Shown: positions 28,405-41,724 of the stretch, one piece after another
How the letters are laid out: every line of letters starts with the position of its first letter
How positions within the stretch are numbered: position 1 is the stretch's first letter
Assembly (NCBI RefSeq): GCF_009914755.1
Contig: NC_060931.1
DNA from: the human T2T-CHM13v2.0 reference genome, Homo sapiens
DNA length: 64,000 nt
Strand: one strand, 5' to 3'
Notes under the pieces: generated by a model
Seen by the model: only the letters and a program-made list of their open reading frames with translations
What the model was told of the DNA's origin: nothing
The model's database searches: none
Program-made: the position numbers and the translations under genes

Positions 28405-29587
28405 CCCATCTTCAACAGATAATTTTGCAATATATTACATGAAAATCAGAAAATAAAAAACATTGTCCAAATATACTCAAAACACAGTTCTAATATTATT
28501 TATTAATAAAAGTATTTTAAATCAAGAATGACAGATTTGCATAAATGATGAAGATGGATTTTGACTATGTGGGGTTTCATTTAATATTCTCCCTAATATT
28601 GACATTGTTCAAAAATTTCATAATAAAAGGTTTTAAAAAATATTTTCCTTAATAAGCCTTTGACCTGTGAAGTACTAGCAAATAAAAAGGCAATTTTCAA
28701 AATACAGATAGTAGTTATATAACCCCGTGTATACACAATTATAATAAATATTGATACCTTTGCCCCATCAACCACATTAAACATAAACTCATAGATTACA
28801 CTAACCAAAAAAAATTAAGAACAGTCAGCATATACTTTATCTTTGTAAAATCACAAGCACAAAGTAAATGTGTATACCATAAGTCTAGCACTTATGGACT
28901 TAACATTTGGATGCACCTTCAAAGGTCCATCATCGTAATCTGTAATGCCTTGCTAAAACACTTTTTTTAACCATACGAGCTGCTAAAATAGTTTAAGAGC
29001 AAAGTCATTTAACTAGTGACTGTACCTGACCAACAGCCTAGTGCTGAAATTCAAACAGCCTTACCACTTTTCCCTTGTGATACATATCCTAAAGCGAAAC
29101 AAACTTTTTAAAACAATTATTTGTTGAAAACGTCTCTGTAAAGAAAACTAATTCTTGGTGCAGAGATTAAAGAGAAGAGAAATGAAAAGGATTAGGATAA
29201 TTTCCATCCCCAAACTGGAAGATTCTGATACATTAAAAGAAGGACAAATCTGATGGCTGCTTGGAGCTAAAATGTGAACAAGTTCATTATATGTTACACA
29301 TGAAAGGTAAAAGCAGTTTTTTACTCCAGTATTGGGAGGAAAACCAATAAAGGGTAGAGGTAATTTATAGAGAAAACATTAACTATAGCTATATTCTCAA
29401 ATTTGGTGATTTACAAAAGTATTAGAAATGGGTCCTCACTGAACATCACATGTGAAAAAAAAAATTTTCGAAGTAAATTTACTTTTTCAAGGTGTCCTAA
29501 GAGATATTTCCTGCAATATGACCTATCCACATTAAACTACTGACTCAATTTTAGAAAACACATATTTTTCCTGGTATTACCAAGTCT

Positions 29588-29990
29588 TGTGTGCTTGTAC
29601 TGTATTTCCTCAAATTCATGTTGAAGCCCTAACATTCAGTGCCGCAGACGGTGACTGAATTGAGAGATAAAGCCCCTAAAGAGATTATTAAGTTTAAATG
29701 AGCCCCTTAGGGTGGGCCCCAACCCAACCTGACTGGTATCCTATCAGAAAAGAAAATTTGGACCCACTAAGAGACAACAGGAATGCATCACATAGAGAAA
29801 TGGCCATGTAGGGACATGGCAAGAACCCTACCATCTACAAGCCAAGAAGCGAGGCCTCACGACAAACCAAACTTGTCAATACCTTGATCTTTGATTTCTA
29901 GTCTCTGGAACTGTAAGAAAATACATTTCTGTTGTTTGGGCCACCCGGTTGGTGGCATTTTATTAGGGCAGCCCTACCAAACTAATATAC
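29588..29990 (+). mobile_element. Solo MaLR LTR, MLT1B-like
   Basis: aaattcatgttgaagccctaac...agggtgggccccaacccaacctgactggt...ccatctacaagccaag...gcagccctaccaaactaatatac. Confidence 0.8.
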
Positions 29991-30945
29991 CAAGGAAATA
30001 TGACACTATCCATTAAAACAACAATTTATTTCAGAAACTTTAAAATATTAAACCTTACTAATAAAAAGAAATAAAAACCACAGTAACAGTTATTTTCTTA
30101 AAGCCTGAATTACCAAAATAAACTCCTTTGTAAGTTGTCTGTCTGGAACAGAAACATAAATCACTAACAGTTTTCTCAAACTATAAAAGCAAGGGAGAAA
30201 ATGTGAAAATTTATACTCTATATTAACTCATCATAAACTTGCTATTTAAAAGATTATTTTAAACTACGAACAAAACAATTGCCCATTCCCTGAAAAGTAA
30301 TATAATCCCCTCTGCCAAAAATTCATGAAAATATTTTTAAAGGCATTTAAAAGAAATTCAAAATTCAGCAAAAAAGAACTAAAATAAATTATATCAGAGG
30401 ATTTCAATGTTTAAAAATAATTCAAATACTACACATAAATCATGGACATTCTACAATCAAAGATCTTACTTTTCTACATTAAAAACACAAGTTTAGATTC
30501 CTAATACACTCCTGGAAAATTTAAAGAACAGATGTGAAATTCTGTATTAAAATAATTCAAAATTTGTTTAATATGGTGCATATTTTTACTCAGTTACCTT
30601 AATGAATACTTAATATGATCATTTAAATCATGAGTTTATCTGTACCTATACAGATTTCACCAAATAAAACAGAAATGCACAGTAGCTATTACACTACAAG
30701 CTCTTAGAGGCAAGGACTTAGTCTGTCTTGTTCTCTCATATGTTGCTAGCATCAAGAAAAGTACCAGACACATAGGAAAAGCTTAAGAAATATTTGTTAA
30801 ATCAATGAATGAGCAGCTCAGGCCATTTCCAAAATCATGACATTTAACATTTTAATTATTTTCTTATAAGTCTCCATAAAATATCAAATAAGATTATTAA
30901 AATCTTTAAGGAAAATAAATGATAGCTCATACATTTAGCTTGGAT

Positions 30946-31236
30946 TTTCATTCATTCATTTATCCATTCATTTATGGAACAGGGTCTCACTCTGTCACCC
31001 AGGCTGGAGTGCTGAGATCTCAGCTCACTGCAATTTCCACCTCCCAGGCTCAAGTGATCCTCCCACCTCAGCCTCCTGAGTAGCTGGGACTACAGCCCAG
31101 CTAATTTTTTGTATTTTTGTAGAGATGAGGATTCGCCATGTTGCCCAGGCTGGTCTCAAACTCCTGACCTCAAGCAATCTGCCCACCTCAGCCTCCCAAA
31201 GTGCTGGAATTACAGGCGTGAGGCACCGCGCTTGGC
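30946..31236 (-). mobile_element. Alu (old, J/S-like) with (CATT)n-derived tail and a small internal deletion
   Basis: agggtctcactctgtcacccaggctgg...; gggactacag|cccagctaatt lacks the usual intervening bases. Confidence 0.9.
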
Positions 31237-31603
31237 ATTGGAAAAAATGTTGTATCACAAAATTATATAAACAAATGAAACTTGTTGTAAAATAATTTTA
31301 CTTTAAGAGCTCTATGCAGTTACCATTTATTCATGTTAACAGGCTATACTGTGACCAACTGCTGAATTACAAATCATTACATTTTTCTTCCATTATTTTA
31401 TAAGGGATTTGAGTTTTTAAAATATAGATAAGGCTGAGCTAAAAGGCAAAGACCCTAAATCTTATTTACAGATACTTAATATTTTACTAAAACCTGATTT
31501 TCATTTAAAAGGAGTTTTTAATTTCTTAAGTTCTGTGAACAATCTAAACACTTAGGTAATCACAACTTTATAAGTTTTATAAAGTTTATAAACTTTATAA
31601 GAA

Positions 31604-31631
31604 ACACACACACACACACACACAAACACAC
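31604..31631. repeat. (CA)n microsatellite
   Basis: read directly. Confidence 0.93.
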
Positions 31632-33217
31632 AAAAGGAAACACCAAGTCAAAACATGTCCATTTCACTCACGTGAGCTGTTTGAAAAAGAAATTGTGCTG
31701 TATCAATTTCATGTAATTTTTGGCACTGAACTGAAAAGGGAAATTTCTGTATGAACTGTCCTCTTAAAGTTTTCTTAAAAAGTATGTTCTTCATTTACAT
31801 TTGTCAATATGTAAAATAATGCCTACAGTTCTAGTCTAGAACATTTAAATCAGGGAATGATTATTCCTCTTAACTAGAAAGAAAATTACAACTATTTACA
31901 CAATAAAAAATTTCATATTAAACTAAACTCTCATTAATTTGCAAGTAAATTCATTTGCAAATAAATAGAACTCTTACCAACTCAAATTATTTTTTAAATT
32001 ATCATGTTTGGTTAAAGTGTAAGGATGGGAATAAAAAGATATATGAGCTATATGCTTTTAAAATATCAAACAGGTAATATTTTAAAAAGTAAAGCAATTA
32101 TTTCTTCAATGTGGGGCAGAAAATTATTTCATCTCTGCAAACAAATCAAGCTAAACATGAAGAAAGGTTATATTTGACACCAGAAGAATGCGCATGTCCA
32201 AAGTTATTAATTTAATTTTCTTATTAATATAACACAAAATAGTCCTTTTAATATAGGCTTCAGAAGTCAACATTAACTTCTTTTTCATCACTTTAAAGCT
32301 ATTAATAGTTTATCTCACTCTATCCACAAGATATTTTAATAAGATTATCATGGTGCCAACTATATATTTTCCACTATATTAAGTTGAAAAAGATAATTTC
32401 TGATTTCTAAAGTAGTACAACGTCATTTCAAAGCTTTAGCTCACCCAATCAGATGTCACTTTTAACTATTATTGGTTTAATACCAGTTGTATACCTAAAA
32501 TCCCTGAATGAGTCAGACTTTTTAAGAGTTAAAATAAGTTAAAATAAATTTCATAGATCATTTATTCCAATTCATCAAAGATCTTTTTTTTAAGTTGAGA
32601 AAATATTTAATTTAAAAATAGGACAGGGAAATAATTTCTTTAGATTTGTTATCTTTAAGAGTACTTTTAAATTATTTCTATAAAACAAGAGGGTTGTATT
32701 TAATAAGAATTGAAAATATTACTTGGTTAATATTAAATTTATTTTAGGTTGTGATTCAAAATAATTTGAGTAATGGATCAAGGATTCATTTCACTGTTAC
32801 ACTGCTGGATTAAACTGCCATTTAAAATAACTTCTAGGTTTAAATTATGCCTTCAAAAACAAAAGCACAAAATGTCCTACAGCAATCCCCATTCCTACTT
32901 CAATCTAAGCCCAAAAAACTTTGAAAAGCACAATACACACACGCAAATTTTAAAATCAGAAACATGTATTCACTTTAATTTTCCAAGGTATACTCTTGAT
33001 AGTCTGTCACTAGTCCATGATGGTTAGGACTGAGGAAGTGTTCAACATTTGATTTACTGGTTAAATGCTCAGATTAATTCTAAGATTTATGGTGATTATA
33101 CCAAAAATTCTTACCTTATTTTTTTAATTAATCACTCTATCTGGGCATCCTCAGATTTATAATCAAAATCAAATCAAGAAACAACATAAAGTACACAAGT
33201 TTTTAAAACTTCATTAC

Positions 33218-33357
33218 CTGTTCAGTGATTCTCATGTGGAAGTCATGGAAGTCACTATAACGACGATAGGTTTTCCACATCTCCTCACTGTTTAGGTTGC
33301 GCCGGTGTACAGTGATGGCATATAATGCATATGTCTTGCCATGATCATTACAAACGC
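33218..33357 (-). CDS. SNX13: SNX13 coding exon ~18 (140 nt, short form), PX domain
   Basis: gtggcag|GC...CAG|gtaatg; (G)VCNDHGKTYALYAITVHRRNLNSEEMWKTYRRYSDFHDFHMRITEQ; RRYSDF is the PX-domain signature. Confidence 0.94.
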
Positions 33358-33390
33358 CTGCCACAGCATATGGGTCATAGTCAGCATATA
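33358..33390 (-). CDS. SNX13: SNX13 exon ~18 alternative 33-nt 5' extension (upstream acceptor), adds VYADYDPYAVA
   Basis: second acceptor tgattag|TATATG exactly 33 nt upstream, open in frame; matches my recollection of the longer SNX13 isoform. Confidence 0.85.
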
Positions 33391-34099
33391 CTAATCATTT
33401 AAAACAAAATGAAGAGGAACGAAAGACACAAAAAAGGAGGAAGATGAAGAAAACAAAAAAGATAATATGAAATGAAGAAGAATCTGAAATGACAGACTGA
33501 GACAGAAGGATGTCAGCAAAGGATAGATTCCCATCCTCCATATTCACATCCATAAGGTATTACATATAATGGCTAAATTACAAAATAAACTAAGTTCAGT
33601 ATGACACTATCAATCACAAAGCGGTACCTATTACAATTCTCTCTTCCAAAGAGCTTTCTGTTACTACATCACTACATCATTACATTGCTACATCTAATGT
33701 TACCTTAGAGAGTAAAATTAGAATTTCTTAAATTTAATATAGAAAAAATAAACAAAATGATGTTTTGTACTAGCCTTCACTCTTCAGTTGTATTACAATT
33801 AAAATCTTTTCAACTAAACAGCAACAGCCACGGGATAACATTTATCTTCTGGCAATTTTCTTTTTCTTTGATACGTTCAGTAGTTCACAAGTGCGGTTTA
33901 TTCTGGGGATTTTTTTTTTTCAAAGCATTTTCGCATTACTTTGCCACATACCAAGCAAGTCAGGTAATCTCTAAAATCAAAGCCTGTTCCTATTTTGTAC
34001 TAATCTTAACTAAGGAGATGCACTTTAAATCATTTTCTCTAACTTGTCTTTCTGATGTTACATTTCTTTATCTTTCTGCACTCTACAATTAACGTCTCC

Positions 34100-35030
34100 A
34101 AAAGTTAATACTGAGTCTCTTCTCATCTGTATCTGGTCTATTTCTTAATCCATTCTCTGACCTTACTTTCAATCACTGTATTTTTTTGATCTCTAGAGTT
34201 TTATTTGGTTCTTTTTCATACTGTTTATTCTTGTCTTAGTATTTCTCTCTAGGAATATTTTTAACATACTTACGGCCAAGTCTATTAAGACTGCCATCTC
34301 CAAGTTCACAGGATGCAAATTATCTGCTGGTTCTGTTGGCTTTCTCTTATTGTGGTTCGTATTTCTTTCTGTTGCTATTAATTGCTTTCTGTAAGCTCAT
34401 TTCCAGGTGGTTTTATTTCTCCCTGGGTGTTCTGAGTGCCCTGGGCTAGGGAAGCGTTCACATTGAACAGTGTCAAGTGTCACCACTCTAACTGCTGGTT
34501 TCAGTGGTTCAGAAATAATTTTAATACTAACTCTCTGGCTTGAGATCTTGCAGTACATAATCACTTGAGGACAGCTAAATCCAGACATACTCAGGATAGG
34601 ATGCAAGCTGGGCTTTCAATTTTTTGTGGGTGACAGATACCATTTCCAGTCATGATCTTGACATTTCTTGTTTTTCTACTGATGGTAGGCTGTTTTCCTA
34701 GTTCCTCTTTGACACTGAGCTGCCCTTTGTGACTCTAGGCTTTATGTAAAGCACTTTGTTCCAGCATCCCATGGCCTTGGCCCATCCTGCCTCTTCTAAA
34801 TTTGAGGGCAGGAAAATGCTATCAAAATCAAGATCCAGTCTTTATGCTACTATGAGCCCCTTGCTTTAACACCCCTTCAATTCTCTGAATTTATTTTTCC
34901 CCATGGTCTACGGCATCTGTAGATTTTCCCCTTCAGCTATACTTATAATATTGTTTTTAGCCTTTCTATGCGTGGAAGGCATGATATCTCATAGCAGTTC
35001 AGACTACCACACTAACCAGAAGTCTAAAAC
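34100..35030 (-). mobile_element. Probable old L1M 5'/ORF1 fragment
   Basis: ttttgatctctagagttttatttggttctttttcata typical of antisense L1M ORF1 region. Confidence 0.5.
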
Positions 35031-35839
35031 TGATCTTGTAATAATGGATTACGTTTATTCATAAGTGTGAATAAACGTGGTCAAGTTCTGGGGCTAACAT
35101 TTTGCTATTTCGTATATAACTGGGCAGAAGAAGGTCACTACAGCTTTTTGGTAAATTAATAACATAAAAGTTAGGACTCTATATTGGCAAGAGTAGTTGG
35201 ACAGAAGCTCTTCCCAAACTTTCTTAAAATTTTTTCTAAGATTTGTACTTTCTTTCCAAAATTATCTTTCATTCCCTTTCCATCTATTATCACTGTTTCT
35301 GATTTAACAAAGTATATGACTAGAAATAGACTTTGGACATCTTGCTCTGTAAGTAGCACTATTATTCACTGTTCACCTTGTCCAGTTATCTTTCTCTCAG
35401 AGACTTATGCAAATTAAACAGCACAACACGTTTTAATCACGTTAGAGAACCACCATTTCTCAATGGAGTTAGCATGGCAACAAGGGAATGGTTTTATCAG
35501 GTGTGTCCAAGATAGGTTTGGGAAAGGAAAATAGAAAGCAGAGGCCAATTAGGCAGCTAACCATAACTAATTAAAAATTAACAACAGTAAGGAGAATAGC
35601 AAGGAACAAAAAAGGAGAAGAGATATAAGAAAGAATAATCAGGATTTGTCAAAAACCAACAGGCTTGGAAGATCACCCAGGGTGGATGCACAATAGGAAG
35701 AATAATGAGGTAATTATTAAAAAAAAATGCAGAAGACATCAAGGTAATCTGACTTAAAGGAAGATATTGGGGTTACATATATTGGTTTTGTGAAGATGGT
35801 GATTTAGCTAGAAGGGTTTGTTTTTATTAGGCCAATGTT

Positions 35840-36062
35840 ACTCATAGCAGGCGATCTGCAAACTATTTGCTAGTAATTCTTATTATGTAAAAAAAAAATA
35901 GCACTAGAATGTAAATCAACTCCATTACTAATCATATTGTTTAATTTAGCCAATACTTTTTAAAGCAAGATTTCTCAATGAAGGAAGCAATACACATACT
36001 AGACCACCATTCTTGTGTGTGTACTGCTTCCTTGGGCCATTCTTTCAGTAGCACTGGACTAG
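35840..36062. mobile_element. Probable hAT-Charlie DNA transposon remnant
   Basis: gtaaatcaac...gcaagatttctcaatgaaggaagca...agtagcactggactag; subfamily uncertain. Confidence 0.4.
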
Positions 36063-36209
36063 TCTATAAGCTCCTACTTTCTGAAATAAAGATGCTAAAA
36101 GATCTAGAATCAAAGAGACTCTGAAGTCCAGTTGGTAAAATAAGTATTTAATGAACCAAAAATCAAATATGTTTACCATGCATAATTACCAATGTAATGA
36201 ATTAGTTCC

Positions 36210-36445
36210 ATAACAACCCTATGAGTTATGTATTATTATTATTATTATTACTAGCCCATCTCACAGGTAAGGAAATTGAGGTACAAGGAAGTTAAGGAAC
36301 TCACTCAGGTTCACCCAGCTATTTTTTTTTTTTAACTAAATCTTAATTTTGGATGGCTTACCCAACTATTAACTGGCAGAGCTGGGGTTTGAGCCCAAGC
36401 AATTCAGTAAAAAAGTTATACTCTTAACCACTATAGTATGCTGCT
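36210..36445 (-). mobile_element. MIR
   Basis: aacaaccctatgag...cccatctcacaggtaaggaaattgaggtacaaggaagttaaggaactcactcagg. Confidence 0.75.
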
Positions 36446-36483
36446 TCTTCAGTATTTACATATGTTTGTCAGGAAGAAATAAC

Positions 36484-36778
36484 TTTTTTTTTTTTTTTGA
36501 GACGGAGTCTCGCTCTGTCGCCAGGCTAAAGTGCAGTGGTGTGATCTCGGCTCATTGAAACCTCCACCTCCCGGGTTCAAGCGATTCTCCTGCCTCAGCC
36601 TCCCTAGTAGCTGGGACTACAGGTGTGCACCACCACGCCCAGCTAATTTTTGTATTTTTAGTAGAGATGGGGTTTCACCATGTTGGCCAGTATGGTCTCA
36701 ATATCTTGACCTCGTGATCCGCCTGCCTCAGCCTCCCAAAAGTTCTGGGATTACAGGCGTGAGCCACCAAGCCCAGCC
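36484..36778 (-). mobile_element. Alu (AluSc-like), inserted beside a MIR
   Basis: tgtcgccaggct and gacctcgtgatcc diagnostics; flanking gaaataa repeat. Confidence 0.92.
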
Positions 36779-36967
36779 TGAAATAATTTCTTAACAATGC
36801 CTAGCACAGTGCTTCCATACATTTTAAGAAGCTAATAAATACTTGTTTTCTTCCAGAAATCTGGCAGGCAACAAATGTAAATTGAGACTTCAGTTCCAGT
36901 GAGAAGAAAAAGGAAATGAAGATCTATTTTAAAAAGATACAAGTTAATGTCTTCTAAACTAGATTAA

Positions 36968-37026
36968 ACTAGACTAGACTAGACTAGACTAGACTAGACT
37001 AGACTAGACTAGACTAGACTAGACTA
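36968..37026. repeat. (ACTAG)11 pentanucleotide microsatellite
   Basis: read directly. Confidence 0.97.
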
Positions 37027-37736
37027 TAAAATCTCTTCAGTGTCTAAAATGTAAGCATGAAACTGAATTAAGGTATATACCTCAGTATGTTTATACTTCA
37101 GTATGTAATATGACAAACACACTTCTACAATCTAAGAACAGTAAGAGGTCAGATAAGAAAACTATCATTATTTAATACTCATTAGTGTTATCTAATAACT
37201 CAATAGCAATGATGAAAACTGGTTATTTTTCCGAATTTACTAACAATTCTTCACATATGCTGAATGATCACAAAGTTTTAGAGGTTTCTCACCTCATTAT
37301 TCAAGCACTTCTTGAAGTTCTGCAAACCCCTATACCTGGGGCTTCATTTACCCCAGTTATCTAGCCTGACTTTGTATATATGAAAACTAATCCTGAACTA
37401 AGATCTCTCCAGAAAAGATTTAACGAGAATTATACAGACAACTATCAGCTAGACCCAAGAACAAAGAGGAAAAGAATGGTTTTAGAGTTTATTAGAAATA
37501 GTAGAACACTTAGAATATAAGCATTTTCAAATGTTGATAGTGACAATCTTAGAGAGATCAAATACATAAGCAAATAAATATAGCAGAATTTAATGAAGGA
37601 CATGCTGCAGAAAAAAAGTAACAAAACTATGACTAGAGAACAAAAAAATGGTTAGTAAAAATTAAGTGTGGAAAATTATTTAGGGATATAATAATACATA
37701 GTTTTAATGCAATAATTATACTTCAAACTCTCTTAC

Positions 37737-37806
37737 CTGTGTCTGAAATGTAGGCATGAAGTTGTACTGAGTCATCAGAAGAAACATTTGAAAGGTCATC
37801 TAAAGA
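37737..37806 (-). CDS. SNX13: SNX13 coding exon ~17 (70 nt)
   Basis: tttctcag|TCT...ACAG|gtaaga; SLDDLSNVSSDDSVQLHAYISDT. Confidence 0.94.
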
Positions 37807-38572
37807 CTGAGAAAAAAAAATCAGGAAACAAATTTTTAAAATTTTATAGGGAAAAAAAAGAGTAAAGAATTCTACATCATATATGCATTACAATTACTCA
37901 TTTCCCTGCATGTAAACTATATATTATTTGTATACCCTCCATCCCCTCCATACACAATAATATTTTCCATTTAGGCTAACAGAAAAAAAGCAAAGATTAA
38001 GAAACAATAACAAAAAATTTAGTAATAAACTTAATATATTAGATTATTTCTCCCTTAATTGCTTGTCCATCTACTGTAACTTGCTACTTTTCAATTATGA
38101 TCCTTATATGGCAAGAAAATCTAGATAAAAATAAGTAGACATATTATGTTAACATTTACATTGAAATATACTAGAACCAGCTCTGTAGTTTTTAGCTTAA
38201 TACTTTTGTTAATATAGAAATAATTTTTAAATTTAATTCAGATTCCTTATCTATAAAATGAGAATACTACCTAAGTCAGAGAATTATGTGGAGATTAAAT
38301 AAGACATGTAAGACATTTAGAAAACTGCCTAATATAACAACTGTTAGCTATTATTCTGATTATTTATTAAATGAGGTGAATCCATAGACTATGATAGATT
38401 TTAAATGATTAGTTTTCAAAAACAATTCCACAAACATAAATTCCTATTGACTGACTCAAAATGAATCTTTTATAACTATGGCCTTTGGGTCTAAACTTTA
38501 AAAATGTTTTTGCCACATACACATATATCCACACATATATAAAAAGGAACATAACCATGTAATTAAAGCAGG

Positions 38573-38995
38573 CTGCAGAGTTAACATGGCAGCCTGAAAC
38601 TGCTCTGTCTAGAAAAGACTGCTTCCAAGTTTGTCCCTCGGATGGAATATGGGAACTTAAATTTAGGGAAGATTCTCAGCATTCTCTAATCAATAAGAGT
38701 GGTTTACCATACCTAAACTATCTGTATAAGAAATGTTTATGCTGAACACCTACTTTCCTTCTAGGAGTCCAGAATTTTGGTATGTGCTATATAATCTGCC
38801 TCCAATAAAAAACCTGTACATTTAGTCTCCAATGAATTTTCCTGGTGGCAACATTTCACATGTGTTGTCTTGCTGATTTTGCTTTATAACCTTTCATGAT
38901 AAGAAATTCCAGCCATGAGTAAGACTATGGTATGTTCTGTGAGTTTTCTTAGCAAATCACTGAGCCTGGGAGTGGTCTTGGGGACACCGAACATA
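38573..38995 (+). mobile_element. Solo LTR, MER68-like, internally deleted
   Basis: gagttaacatggcagcctgaaactgct...caacatttcacatgtgttgtc...gtggtcttggggacacc; shares blocks with the copy at 647-1180. Confidence 0.72.
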
Positions 38996-41724
38996 TATAA
39001 TCTAGACATGTTTCACGTATTTATATCATTCACACATTTCACATATTCATATTATATAACTCAGATGTATTTCACACTTTAAAAATAATAGGATGTGAAT
39101 GAGCTTTTGAGTCCTAATGTAATATTATTATTACTAAAAGGGTCATCTAAATGACTTAAAAGCAACCATCCATATGGCACAAAGTCACTTAAATTAAGGC
39201 AATTGCATTCTAAGAAGAAGGCCAAAAATGTATCTACTAAAAACTGATTGTTAAGAGAAGCAAAATGTGATAATTCTATACAGATAATCCACAAGACTTC
39301 CCTGGTCAACTCAAATGGCAAAGACATCAAATTAAATTAGATCTAGTCCATGCTCTACTACCAATACCTTAAGAGACTTTAACCATATCAACTACTTTCT
39401 CGGATTTCAGTTTTCCCAATGGTAAAATGGGGCTAATACCTGCTCTACATCTCTGTCAGGACATACTGGGAATGAAAATGCTTTGGAAAAAAAAAGGAGT
39501 GCATTTATTTTTATGTGCTCAAGAAATCATTTTGATAGAAATAGCACAACCTTTACTTCAATATTTTTATGTGAAAGATAGAAGACTCAGAGGAAATGGA
39601 ACAGTCTACCAAATTCATATTATCTACTATAACTTCTTCTAATTATAAGCCAGCACAGGTAACATAAAATAATCTATTTTTTTAAAGAAGCATTATTAAT
39701 AATGGTAACCTTCCCTTGTATGTTAACATTTAACATGCTAAATGTACTTATCTCTTTAAACATGTTAGCATCTCATACTATGCAATCCAAAAGTTGTTAA
39801 AAAGGCTTTGTGGAGAAATGTCTTTTTGTCTCTTAAAATATGCAATTAGTAAATATTATTTTCATTACATATGATGAAAACTTTGGAAAAACATTAGTTA
39901 CAGTTATAGTGCACGTAAATATCAAGTGGACTATAAAGTTACAATTGGTAAAATAATATTTACAAAACTACATTTGATTTAGGAATATATTAAAAGACAA
40001 TTGTGATTTCAAAACAAGTACATTAATGCTATATTGAAATAAGCACAATTTGCAAAGTACTCTTTAAGTTATGATTCTTAAACTCCTTGTAAGAAAGTGT
40101 TTTTTAACACTAAGACAAAAACTGAAAATTCAAATTTATAATGATAGTCATCAAACACAACCAAAATGGCACTAAAGGAAATGCTTGTAATTTACCTACC
40201 AAGCTACCAATGGCAAAATGAGTAAAATACCAAACACATTAAATATCTCCTTTGTTTAGTACATTGGAATAAACTATCGTGATCTAGTTTACAATCTTAA
40301 GCTATTTTTAAAATGCAGATATTCACTAAAATTTGTCTACATGGTCCAACTACTTAGAAGTATGAATTAAATAGATTTATGGGAATAAAAAAATACTCCA
40401 AGTCACTGACTTCAAGTATGACCGTTTTTTGATCCAGAGACTATTCTGGTTTATATTACCATGTGACAAAAGAGACTTATCTTATTTGGAAAAGCATTTA
40501 TTCCAGACATGGAATAAAGAAAAAAAATTTTTTACTAGTGTTTAAACATTTACACAAGTACTACAAATGTGAATACTAAAAAATTTCAAACCAAGGAAGG
40601 GTTTCATCACATTTGGAAACTTTTCTATATAATGAACATTATTTTTAACACTTCCTTCAAGCTCTAGGAGCAATTCCTTTTAGTTTAAAGCTCTGGACTA
40701 TAACAAGTAAATGGTAATGACACCAAATGATTTAGGAAATATTTTAAAAGTTACAAAGTATCTGACAATTCTACCACAGATTTGCTTTAGTGTTTTACTA
40801 AAGGTTATAATACAGTAACAGAACATTTACTCAATAAGGTTATTTTAGAAGCAGACATGGTAGTACAGCTAACACCTAAGACGACTAACCTCTAAAACAT
40901 TTAGCTATTACGAAAGGTCTAAAAGAAAAAGTAATGCAGGTAGGAGGAAAAACAAAACAAACAACACCTTACCTGTTTTTCCCCTCCCCAACCCAGCCAA
41001 ACTGGACTGAAACCTTCATAGAACGCTAATATTTCTTCCTAACAGCATCTTAGAAAATGAGTTATTCAGTGGCAAGGCTGGATATATAAGAGAACTGAAA
41101 CTTTCATTATTTTACACTGTACCTTGAATATATAAAATGCCAATGACAGTTGAGATTCTAAAAACATGCCATTCTAACCTCTAATCATTAAGGATGTAGT
41201 TGCTGTAAAACTGTCTAAACTTACAAAAAAAAATTTTTTGTTTACAATGACCTGAATTTGTTTTAGTGTAGACTTAAAGAAATATCTATTCGGTTTTGGT
41301 TATCCCCACTAGTTTTGTATTTCTTTCTAAATACAAGAGGAGAAAAAAACTGATTCCAATATAAACATTTATGTGTCACAAACTTATTGCCTATCATAGC
41401 AATTTAGTAATCATAGTAATTTAAACATGCTAAATATTAGAATTGAAAATAATGAAATCAATTTATTTATAAAATGCAGAAAAGCAATTATGCAGGTATA
41501 ACCTAAGCCAATTTTTAAAATAAAGATAAAATATAATTTTTAAGTTCTAATTCATAGATGCCTTATATGTGAACTTAGCATTTCTTTAAAAGCATAATAA
41601 CTTTTTACAATACTAAAGGATGATTTGGGGCCTTCTTTATATATCATTTATTTATATATGTTAAGGCTCAGCCTTTTACATTATTTTCAAGTCACTTTAA
41701 TAAAGTACCCATAATAGTACTTAC

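Noticed and set aside
28069-36794. ORFs at 28069-28430, 31025-31258 and 36531-36794 with familiar-looking peptides
   Set aside because: Translations of Alu sequence.
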